The notes under the pieces are model-generated. The model did not search any database, was not told the origin of the DNA, and was given only the letters and a program-made list of their open reading frames with translations. This document shows positions 9,850 to 17,595 of a stretch of DNA of 59,406 nucleotides, in pieces. The DNA is from an uncultured Acidaminococcales bacterium (GTDB lineage: Bacteria > Bacillota > Negativicutes > Acidaminococcales > Acidaminococcaceae): contig CAYRVN010000002.1 of assembly GCA_964427675.1 (NCBI GenBank), positions 1 to 59,406 on the forward strand, in the 5' to 3' direction. Every line of letters starts with the position of its first letter. Position 1 is the stretch's first letter. Position numbers and translations under genes: made by a program.

Positions 9850-10632
9850 ATGTTAAAGGATGTTCAAGGGGAAATCGATTTAAGGCAAGTCCCATTGAAA
9901 AACGTTGGAATAAAAAATCTACGTTGGCCTATTAGTATGAAAGATAAGGAAAAAGGCATACAGAGTACGGTTGCCACGATTAGTATGGCGGTTGACCTGC
10001 CGCACGATATGCGCGGTACGCATATGAGCCGGTTTGTCGAATGTCTTCAATCGCTTGGGCCTGTCACACCTTTTGCTCTTGAACATATTCTTGATGCCTT
10101 GAAGGAAAAACTGCAAGCAGAGAAAGCAATGCTTGAGCTTGAGTTCACATATTTTATTCAAAAAGAAGCACCTATTACAGGGCAAAAAGCACCGCTTGAC
10201 CTTAATTGCCGTTTCAGAGCTGAAAAAGGTGAGGAGTTCGAGCTTTATATTTGTGCGGAAATACCTATTCATACACTATGCCCTTGCTCTAGAGAAATTA
10301 GCGTCTATGGCGCTCACAATCAAAGAGCCATTGCCAAAATTGAAATTAATTCCAATGAGATGGTTTGGCTGGAAGAGCTGGTCACAATGGCTGAAGCGGG
10401 AGCTAGTTCACCAATATATTCCCTTTTGAAGCGACCCGATGAAAAGTATGTCACAGAGCACGCCTATGAAAATCCACGGTTTGTGGAAGATGCGGTAAGA
10501 GAAATAGCTCTGCAGCTAGAAGGCGACAGAAGAATCAAATGGTATCGGGCCACGGTTGAGAGTATCGAGAGCATTCATAATCACAATGCTTTTGCGTGCG
10601 TTGAAAAAGGGTGGAAGGTGAACCCAGAATGA
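9850..10632 (+). CDS. folE2: GTP cyclohydrolase IB (FolE2)
   Basis: MRGTHMSRF and HTLCPCS motifs, 260 aa. ATGA overlap with folP. Confidence 0.8.
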   Translation: MLKDVQGEIDLRQVPLKNVGIKNLRWPISMKDKEKGIQSTVATISMAVDLPHDMRGTHMSRFVECLQSLGPVTPFALEHILDALKEKLQAEKAMLELEFTYFIQKEAPITGQKAPLDLNCRFRAEKGEEFELYICAEIPIHTLCPCSREISVYGAHNQRAIAKIEINSNEMVWLEELVTMAEAGASSPIYSLLKRPDEKYVTEHAYENPRFVEDAVREIALQLEGDRRIKWYRATVESIESIHNHNAFACVEKGWKVNPE

Positions 10633-11816
10633 TTTTGCCGATTACAAGCTGCAATCTGAGATACGAACTGAAAAATATTGGTGTCCATCAGGCAAGTATA
10701 GAGACTTTCATGAACAAGTCAGCTATTTTGCCTTTAAAGATTCTTAAGGTCCGTACACCGGCTGCTAATATAATTAAGCAAGAAATGCTTGCCTGCGGAG
10801 GTGACTGTGCTATCCACGCCGGGTGCGTAGTTTGTGCACAGGACCATAGCGATATTTTACTTTTAGGAACAAGAAAACATTATCGGCTTTTGTTGCAAAA
10901 GATGGCTATGATGCCTTATTTTGGTTTACCTAAGCTACGGGAAGAGTTGCAGTCTTTTCTGGAAAAGACTCAGCTTAAAACTATATTGGCAGATAACCGT
11001 ATTTTGAAATACGACCATGTCGTTGTAATGGGAATTTTAAATATAACTCCTGATTCTTTCTATGCTGGCTCCAGATTACGTAGCCTTGATGAAGTCATTA
11101 ACCGTGCAGGGCAAATGTTAAGCGACGGCGCGGAGATTCTTGACATCGGCGGCGAATCAACAAGGCCAGGCTCTGACAGCATTGATTCCCCGGAAGAAAT
11201 TGCTAGAATAGTGCCGGTTGTCGAAGCCTTGCGCAAAGAGTATCCACAAAGCATTCTCTCTATTGATACTTATCACGCGGAAACAGCCAAGGCAGCTCTT
11301 GCGTCGGGAGCAGATATTATAAACGATATCAGTGCTTTGGAATACGATGAGAAAATGATTGAAGTTATTGTTAAAAATAATGCTCCGGTTATTTTAATGC
11401 ATATGCGAGGAACACCCAAAAATATGCAGCAAAACACTCAGTACGGCAATGTAGTTGAAGAAGTAACAAAGTATTTGCATGAACGTGCTGAAGTACTCAG
11501 AGGGCATGATTTTCCCAAAGAGAAAATAATTCTGGATCCAGGAATTGGTTTTGCTAAGAATGTAGAACAAAATTTAAAATTGATGCAGGGATTAAGTGAA
11601 ATGACGGGTTCTGATTATCCTGTATTGCTTGCTGCTTCCCGCAAAGCCACGATAGGCAAAGTGCTCGGTGATATTCCACCGGAAGAGCGGTTGCCAGGAA
11701 CAATAGCCACAAGCTTACAAGCAGTTTATGCCGGCGCTAATATGGTTAGGATTCATGATGTAAAAGAAAACGTCCAAGCGATTCGAATGTTGGAGGCTAT
11801 TTTAAAATGTCAATAG
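10629..11816 (+). CDS. folP: Dihydropteroate synthase with about 115-aa N-terminal extension
   Basis: VVMGILNITPDSFYAGS, DIGGESTRPG and IINDISA pterin-binding motifs. Start ATG 10629 overlaps the folE2 stop. Confidence 0.85.
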   Translation: MILPITSCNLRYELKNIGVHQASIETFMNKSAILPLKILKVRTPAANIIKQEMLACGGDCAIHAGCVVCAQDHSDILLLGTRKHYRLLLQKMAMMPYFGLPKLREELQSFLEKTQLKTILADNRILKYDHVVVMGILNITPDSFYAGSRLRSLDEVINRAGQMLSDGAEILDIGGESTRPGSDSIDSPEEIARIVPVVEALRKEYPQSILSIDTYHAETAKAALASGADIINDISALEYDEKMIEVIVKNNAPVILMHMRGTPKNMQQNTQYGNVVEEVTKYLHERAEVLRGHDFPKEKIILDPGIGFAKNVEQNLKLMQGLSEMTGSDYPVLLAASRKATIGKVLGDIPPEERLPGTIATSLQAVYAGANMVRIHDVKENVQAIRMLEAILKCQ

Positions 11817-12280
11817 CCTATATCGCACTGGGAAGCAATCTGGGAGAACGAAAGCAAAATATTCTTGCGGCTTTAAATTATATGGAGCAATCTGGCTTGA
11901 AAGTATTGGCAGTTTCTTCACTTTTAGAAACTGAGCCTTATGGAGTGACTGACCAGCCCTGTTTTATCAATGCGGTGGTTAAGATTGAGACAGAACTTGC
12001 TGCACATGACTTGTTGAGATTATTGCTTGCTATTGAGTTGAAGATGGGGAGGGTTAGAAAGAGACATTGGGGCGAACGCAACATTGATCTTGATCTGATA
12101 TTGTATGACGATTTAATTATAAAAGACAATGAGCTGATTCTGCCTCACCCCGATATGCAGAACAGATTTTTTGTTTTGGCGCCACTGGCTGAAATTGCTG
12201 GTGATGTCGTGCACCCCGTTTTTAAAATCACTATAAGTGATATGTTAGATAATTTAACGAGCGGAGATGAAAACAAATGA
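11807..12280 (+). CDS. folK: 2-amino-4-hydroxy-6-hydroxymethyldihydropteridine diphosphokinase (HPPK)
   Basis: IAYIALGSNLGER...ETEPYG...WGERNIDLDLI. 10-nt overlap with folP. Confidence 0.85.
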   Translation: MSIAYIALGSNLGERKQNILAALNYMEQSGLKVLAVSSLLETEPYGVTDQPCFINAVVKIETELAAHDLLRLLLAIELKMGRVRKRHWGERNIDLDLILYDDLIIKDNELILPHPDMQNRFFVLAPLAEIAGDVVHPVFKITISDMLDNLTSGDENK

Positions 12281-13500
12281 ATTGTTATGTCAATCTCAAC
12301 AACCTTTTAATTTTTCGCAACTTGCTTATCGATCCTGTCATTGTTGCGCTTAGAAAGCCCAAAGAGGTTTCCAATCCCGATTTATATGGTGAACTTATTG
12401 AAAAAGCTGAGGGCTATGGATTGATGGGTATAATTCCTGTTGAATATATAATGCATGCGATAAGCCATCAAAAAAATGTTTTTTGTTGTATAGCGGAAAA
12501 GAATAATGGTGCTATTGGTGAAGGATTGATGAAAGCTGTAGCCGGCGACATAATAATTTTAAGAGAATTTCTGGCTGAAGTTTTTCAACGTTTTAAAAAC
12601 CATGAACTTCTCGGCAACTATATCCCGTCAAACATAAAACCACTGGCTGGACGTAAAATATTAGAAAAATGTTTTTTCAATTATGGTGAGGATGATGATG
12701 CCAAAATTGCCACCAAAGCCTTATGCCAATATTATGAGAAATTTGGCTATGGCATTATGGCCGATTTTGTTGCGTTTAATTGGGATGGAGAGAGAGAAAG
12801 ACTTACCGGCATCAACAATTATTCCGATATGACTTTTGATAAGATCTATGGCTATGAAAGACAGAAACAGGAACTAATTAAGAATACGGAAGCTTTTTTA
12901 AATAACAAACCTGCTAATAATATTTTACTTTTTGGTGATCGCGGAACCGGTAAATCATCTTCTATCAAGGCGATAGGCAATCATTTTTATGAAGATGGCC
13001 TGCGCATGGTCCAGGTCAGCCGAGACCATTTTGTGCAGTTGCCGAAAGTCATGCAGGAACTCAGCAAATGGGGAAAGAAATTTGTAATTGTGCTGGATGA
13101 TTTATCCTTTGAAGAGTTTGAAGTGGAATATAAAGTTTTAAAATCTATTCTTGACGGTGGCCTTGAAGTAAAACCTGATAATGTTTTGTTTTATGCTTCT
13201 TCTAATCGTAGAAATATAATTAAAGAGGTATGGCAGGACCAGAATATGAATGAGCTGCATGGCCGTGATAGCATCAACGAAAAAGTATCATTGTCTGATC
13301 GTTTCGGTATCAAGCTGTTTTATGATTCTATGGATCAGGCAGAATACTTTGCTTTATTAGAAAAGATGGCAAAAGATGAAAAACTTAAGATTTCGTCTAA
13401 GGATTTGAGAGCAGAAGCTGTAAAGTGGGAAATGAGCCATACAGGCAGAAATGGCAGAGTGGCCCGTCAGTTGCTTGACTACCTACACGGCAAAGCTTGA
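12277..13500 (+). CDS. AAA-type ATPase, DUF815 family, with about 170-aa N-terminal extension
   Basis: PANNILLFGDRGTGKSSSIKA Walker A, FVIVLDDLSFE Walker B, NVLFYASSNRRN. ATGA overlap with the folK stop. Confidence 0.6.
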   Translation: MNCYVNLNNLLIFRNLLIDPVIVALRKPKEVSNPDLYGELIEKAEGYGLMGIIPVEYIMHAISHQKNVFCCIAEKNNGAIGEGLMKAVAGDIIILREFLAEVFQRFKNHELLGNYIPSNIKPLAGRKILEKCFFNYGEDDDAKIATKALCQYYEKFGYGIMADFVAFNWDGERERLTGINNYSDMTFDKIYGYERQKQELIKNTEAFLNNKPANNILLFGDRGTGKSSSIKAIGNHFYEDGLRMVQVSRDHFVQLPKVMQELSKWGKKFVIVLDDLSFEEFEVEYKVLKSILDGGLEVKPDNVLFYASSNRRNIIKEVWQDQNMNELHGRDSINEKVSLSDRFGIKLFYDSMDQAEYFALLEKMAKDEKLKISSKDLRAEAVKWEMSHTGRNGRVARQLLDYLHGKA

Positions 13501-13530
13501 TTTGATTTTAGCTTTATTGGGAGCGTTATA

Positions 13531-14760
13531 ATGTTGGATAAAGAGAAATTATTAACACGTTTCATACGGTATACCGAGTTTGAGACCACATCAATTGATG
13601 AGGCAAAAACGTTTCCCAGCAGTGATAAACAGCTAGTATTTGCGAGGTTTCTTGCGGAAGAATTAAAATCTGTTGGCTTGAGTGATGTTTTTCTTGATGA
13701 AAAAGGTTATGTATTAGCAACATTGCCAGCCAATGATAGCGGCGGTTCGCCTGTTATTGGTTTGATAGCACACATGGACACTTCTTGTGAAGCAAGTGGA
13801 GCAAATATCAAGCCACAGTTACATGCGTGTTACCAAGGAGACAGCCTTGTTCTCGACAGCGAAAAAGATATATGTCTCTCACCTAAAATGTTCCCTGAGC
13901 TTTTGAACTATATAGGGCAAGACATAATTACTACTGATGGCAAGACTTTATTAGGTGCCGACGATAAGGCAGGTATATGCGAAATAGTATCTGCGTGTGA
14001 ATATCTTATTGCGCATCCAGAATTAAAACATGGTGATGTTAAAATCGCTTTTACACCTGATGAAGAAGTTGGGCATGGTACTGACTTTTTTCCCCTAAAT
14101 GAATTTTGCGCGGATTTTGCTTATACTATCGATGGTGGTAAGCTTGGTGAACTTAATTACGAGACCTTTAATGCTTGTGATGCAAAAATATTTATTAAAG
14201 GACGTTGTGTGCATCCAGGCTATGCCAAAGGTAAAATGATTAATGCTATAACTTTGGCTGCAGAATGGCAAAATGAAATGCCGGCTGGCGAACGCCCAGA
14301 ATATACTGAGGGCTATGAAGGTTTTCTTCATACTACTAAAATTAGCGGTACTACCGATCAAGTAATTCTGCAGATGATTATTCGTGATCATAACCCAGAC
14401 TTACTGGAAGAAAAGAAAAAAAATATTCTTGAACTTGCTGCTTTTATGAATAAAAAGTATGGAGAAGGCACGGTTAAATGTGAATTAAAAGACGTTTATG
14501 TCAATATGAAAAGTTTTTTTGAAAATTCATATCACATCGTGGATAGAGCCGTAAGAGCAATGGAAAAATGCGGCGTGAAGCCTGAAATTATTCCCGTACG
14601 TGGTGGAACAGATGGGGCAAGGTTATCAGAGCTTGGTCTTTTGTGCCCCAATATTTTTACCGGTGGTCATAATTTTCATGGCGTGCATGAATATATTCCA
14701 CTGCAATCGATGCTTAAGGCTACAGAGGTTATAATTAACCTGGTCAGTGATAATAAATAA
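13531..14760 (+). CDS. pepT: Peptidase T (tripeptide aminopeptidase, M20B)
   Basis: LLTRFIRYTEFETTS, GLIAHMDT, LGADDKAGI, DEEVGHG. Confidence 0.85.
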   Translation: MLDKEKLLTRFIRYTEFETTSIDEAKTFPSSDKQLVFARFLAEELKSVGLSDVFLDEKGYVLATLPANDSGGSPVIGLIAHMDTSCEASGANIKPQLHACYQGDSLVLDSEKDICLSPKMFPELLNYIGQDIITTDGKTLLGADDKAGICEIVSACEYLIAHPELKHGDVKIAFTPDEEVGHGTDFFPLNEFCADFAYTIDGGKLGELNYETFNACDAKIFIKGRCVHPGYAKGKMINAITLAAEWQNEMPAGERPEYTEGYEGFLHTTKISGTTDQVILQMIIRDHNPDLLEEKKKNILELAAFMNKKYGEGTVKCELKDVYVNMKSFFENSYHIVDRAVRAMEKCGVKPEIIPVRGGTDGARLSELGLLCPNIFTGGHNFHGVHEYIPLQSMLKATEVIINLVSDNK

Positions 14761-14793
14761 GGGTTGCCCATTTTTGGGCAACCCTTATTTATT
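14752..14793. terminator. Bidirectional intrinsic terminator between pepT and tyrS
   Basis: Perfect 19-bp inverted repeat AATAAATAAGGGTTGCCCA / TGGGCAACCCTTATTTATT with a 4-nt loop. T-rich on both sides. It includes the pepT stop codon. Confidence 0.75.
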
Positions 14794-14805
14794 ATCTTTC
14801 AGCAA

Positions 14806-16026
14806 TTAAGCCAAAATCAAACGATAGTATTTTTTCTTCCCTTTACGGATAAGAATGCTTTTATCAGCATTAAATAAGTCGGCAGTTAATTCAGCCTCAA
14901 CGTCGCTAATTTTTGTATCGTCGAGGTAAAGTCCACCTTGGGCAACAAGTCGACGTCCTTCGCTTTTACTTGCAAAAACACCATTTGAAGCAAGTATATC
15001 AATTATTTTGGTACCGATTGAGCTTGACTCCACGTTTATTGTTGGAACATCTTCCATATTGGAACCATCCCCAAAAAGTGCTTCAGCCGCGGTTTTAGCC
15101 TTTAATGCTTCTTCCTCGCCGTGAATAAGTTTAGTTACTTCATAAGCAAGTACGACTTTTGCTTTGTTGATTTCAGATCCTTCCAAAGAGCCAAGACGTC
15201 GTACTTCTTCCATCGGCAGGAAGGTGAGGAGAGCCAGACAGTTTTCTACATCGGCATCATTGACATTACGCCAGTATTGATAAAAGTCGTATGGAGTTGT
15301 TTTTTCTGGATCAAGCCAAAGAGCCCCACCAACGGTTTTTCCCATTTTGACGCCTTCGCTGGTGGTAAGAAGCTTGCACGTCATGCAATAAGCTGGTTTA
15401 TGTTCTTTACGACGAATGAGTTCTACGCCAGCTAGCATATTTGACCACTGGTCATCGCCGCCTAATTGCATAATACAGTCGTATTCACGATTTAGAGTCA
15501 AAAAGTCATAAGCCTGCATGATCATATAATTGAATTCAAAAAAAGATAAGCCTTTTTCCAGACGTTTTTTGAAACATTCAGCTGTCAACATGCGGTTTAC
15601 TGAAAAGTGTACGCCAACTTCCCGCAGCAAATCAACATAGTTGAGATTAAGAAGCCAATCAGCATTGTTGACCATGATGGCTTTATTATCGGAAAAATCT
15701 ATGAAATGAGACATTTGTTTTTTGAAGCAGGCGATATTGTGATTAATAAATTCTGGAGTAAGCATTTTGCGCATTTCATCTTTGCCGCTGGGGTCGCCAA
15801 CCATGCCAGTGCCACCGCCTAGAAGGCAGATTGGACGATGACCTGCACGCTGCATATGAGCCATAAGCATTAGCGCTATAAAGTGGCCGACGTGAAGGCT
15901 GTCCGCTGTAGGGTCAAAACCAATATAAAAGGTTATTTTTCCCTTTTCCAATAATTCTTTAATTTCTTCTTCATGTGATAGTTGTTTTAAAAATCCGCGT
16001 TCTTGCAATAAATCATAAACTGACAT
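14806..16026 (-). CDS. tyrS: Tyrosine--tRNA ligase
   Basis: HIGH-type motif LHVGH, KMSKS-type motif KMGKT, C-terminal S4-like domain. Start set to ATG 16026 (MSVYDLL), 8 nt behind AGGAGG. Confidence 0.92.
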   Translation of the reverse strand: MSVYDLLQERGFLKQLSHEEEIKELLEKGKITFYIGFDPTADSLHVGHFIALMLMAHMQRAGHRPICLLGGGTGMVGDPSGKDEMRKMLTPEFINHNIACFKKQMSHFIDFSDNKAIMVNNADWLLNLNYVDLLREVGVHFSVNRMLTAECFKKRLEKGLSFFEFNYMIMQAYDFLTLNREYDCIMQLGGDDQWSNMLAGVELIRRKEHKPAYCMTCKLLTTSEGVKMGKTVGGALWLDPEKTTPYDFYQYWRNVNDADVENCLALLTFLPMEEVRRLGSLEGSEINKAKVVLAYEVTKLIHGEEEALKAKTAAEALFGDGSNMEDVPTINVESSSIGTKIIDILASNGVFASKSEGRRLVAQGGLYLDDTKISDVEAELTADLFNADKSILIRKGKKKYYRLILA

Positions 16027-16080
16027 CAAAAAAACCTCCTAAAATTCTTTAATAGAATCATTTACTTAAAAGAAAATAGA

Positions 16081-16328
16081 AAATAAAAAATCCCTTTCCA
16101 CTAAAATGGAAAGGGACGAGTAAACCCGCGGTACCACCCTGATTGTTCCTCTAAAAAGGAACCACTTAAAAACTTATAACGGAGTTACCCGGTCTGGCCT
16201 ACTACTATTTCGACTGACAGCTCGCAAGTGTATTCAGTAACTTCTGTACGACGCGTTTCACCGGCCCGCGTCTCTCTATAGTAACAGTCAGTACCTACTT
16301 TTCTTGGTCATTGCTTTGTATTTAACTG
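16081..16328 (-). promoter_or_regulatory. T-box leader (tRNA-Tyr sensing) with terminator/antiterminator, controls tyrS
   Basis: On the minus strand: AGAGA box, GGTGAAA, and GAA-UAC-A specifier context (UAC at 16230-16232). T-box core AATCAGGGTGGTACCGCG (16127-16144). Terminator hairpin TCCCTTTCCA/TGGAAAGGGA (16091-16116) plus U-tract. Confidence 0.85.
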
Positions 16329-16334
16329 TATACG

Positions 16335-16363
16335 AATATATCAATTTTGAGGTTTAATGTCAA
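16335..16363 (-). promoter_or_regulatory. Putative sigma-A promoter of the tyrS T-box leader
   Basis: Minus strand TTGACA (16358-16363) - 17 nt - TATATT (16335-16340). The -35 overlaps the mscL stop codon. Confidence 0.55.
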
Positions 16364-16806
16364 GCATGATCTTCTGTTAAATGGGATGTACAATGTGGGC
16401 AGCGTGTTGCTTTTTCGTCAATTGTGCCAAAGCAGAAAGGGCATTTTCTTTCGGGTGGGGCAGGTGGAGGTGCTGGCATTAAACGATTTATCTGTTGGAT
16501 CAGAACAAAAATGCAGAACGCGACAATCAAAAAATCTACAACTGCGTTGAGAAATAGCCCATAAGCAATTACCGGTACTTTGGCAGCTTCTGCTTCCGCA
16601 ATAGAAGCAACAGGTTTATTGGTAAGATTGATAAATAATTCTTTGAAATCCATACCGCCAAGCAGGAGTCCTACAGGTGGCATGATAATATTAGTTACTA
16701 GCGAAGATACGATTTTGCCGAAGGCACCGCCAATAATTACGCCGACTGCAAGATCTACGACGTTGCCCCGCATTGCGAAATTTTTAAAATCTTTTAGAAA
16801 AGACAT
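16360..16806 (-). CDS. mscL: Large-conductance mechanosensitive channel MscL with C-terminal CxxC...CxxC tail
   Basis: [33 protein letters not shown] is a typical MscL N-terminus. Two TM segments. Tail is [18 protein letters not shown]. Confidence 0.85.
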   Translation of the reverse strand: MSFLKDFKNFAMRGNVVDLAVGVIIGGAFGKIVSSLVTNIIMPPVGLLLGGMDFKELFINLTNKPVASIAEAEAAKVPVIAYGLFLNAVVDFLIVAFCIFVLIQQINRLMPAPPPAPPERKCPFCFGTIDEKATRCPHCTSHLTEDHA

Positions 16807-16874
16807 AATTACACTCCTTCCATTTATGTACTTAATACATTATTTCTATGAAATAGTCAATAATCCTGCCTAGC

Positions 16875-16903
16875 TTGACTGTATCAGAAGGTTACTTTAT
16901 AAT
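16875..16903 (+). promoter_or_regulatory. Putative sigma-A promoter of the 111-aa ORF
   Basis: TTGACT - 17 nt - TATAAT. Confidence 0.5.
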
Positions 16904-16953
16904 TATTTTGATAATAATTATAAATATCTTAGATAAATGCAGGAGGAAATATA

Positions 16954-17289
16954 ATGAGAGACGACTTAGTTGTTCCAGGAGAAAATGAAGAAAAGTTTGT
17001 TGTGGCAGCTGATACAAGGGTTGTTACCATCCCGTTTACACCGCTGGAAGAAAGAATGTCCAAAGAGAAACCTTACCTGATGGAAGGTCTGGCTAAGCTG
17101 CATGATTTGCTTGGATCTGATAAATTTAAAAAGTACATCAGCTCAGTGCATAATATCAACAAAAGTGGCAGAGCTATCATGTTGATCGCTGATAACGAAT
17201 TGCATCGCACAAATATTGAACGCGATTGTGTTGCAGCCATCATGGAAGCTTTTGAAGTTGATAATGTACGCGTAGTCGCTATGGGCTAA
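16954..17289 (+). CDS. Hypothetical 111-aa protein (possible DnaA domain-I-like fold)
   Basis: Strong RBS GCAGGAGGA with good spacing, own promoter and own terminator. No recognisable catalytic motif. Confidence 0.6.
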   Translation: MRDDLVVPGENEEKFVVAADTRVVTIPFTPLEERMSKEKPYLMEGLAKLHDLLGSDKFKKYISSVHNINKSGRAIMLIADNELHRTNIERDCVAAIMEAFEVDNVRVVAMG

Positions 17290-17303
17290 TTAAGACCAAA
17301 AAA

Positions 17304-17337
17304 GTTCTGAATCATCATAATGATTCAGAACTTTTTT
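17304..17337 (+). terminator. Intrinsic terminator of the 111-aa ORF
   Basis: Hairpin GTTCTGAATCAT / ATGATTCAGAAC followed by TTTTTT. Confidence 0.75.
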
Positions 17338-17411
17338 AATAGTTGATTTGTTTAAAAATAGCTATGATTAGAAATATTACCTAATTGTTGATTGAAATGA
17401 TATTTGAATAT

Positions 17412-17449
17412 GAAAAAAGACTCCCGAAAGATCGAGAGTCTTTATTTTT
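17412..17449. terminator. Bidirectional intrinsic terminator (ends tRNA-Pro transcript)
   Basis: AAAGACTC-C-CGA / TCG-A-GAGTCTTT hairpin, flanked by an A-run upstream and a T-run downstream on the + strand. Confidence 0.75.
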
Positions 17450-17451
17450 CA

Positions 17452-17528
17452 TGGTCGGGGCGACAGGATTCGAACCTGCGGCCTCTTAGTCCCGAACCAA
17501 GCGCGCTACCAAACTGCGCTACGCCCCG
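17452..17528 (-). tRNA. tRNA-Pro (anticodon CGG)
   Basis: The 77-nt cloverleaf folds by hand: acceptor CGGGGCG/CGCCCCG, D-arm GCGC/GCGC, anticodon stem CTTGG/CTAAG with loop TT-CGG-GA (anticodon at 17492-17494), T-arm GCAGG-TTCGAAT-CCTGT, and encoded CCA. Confidence 0.93.
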
Positions 17529-17541
17529 TTACAACGTTTAC

Positions 17542-17570
17542 ATTATATAAGATTGTATTTTGTTTGTCAA
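17542..17570 (-). promoter_or_regulatory. Sigma-A promoter of tRNA-Pro (perfect consensus)
   Basis: Minus strand TTGACA (17565-17570) - 17 nt - TATAAT (17542-17547), 13 nt upstream of the tRNA 5' end. Confidence 0.7.
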
Positions 17571-17595
17571 ATAAGTTTTGCGTTTACTATATGAT

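Noticed and set aside
10133-10429. A 98-aa same-strand alternative-frame ORF inside folE2.
   Set aside because: It overlaps the conserved FolE2 frame entirely, and has no RBS or recognisable domain.
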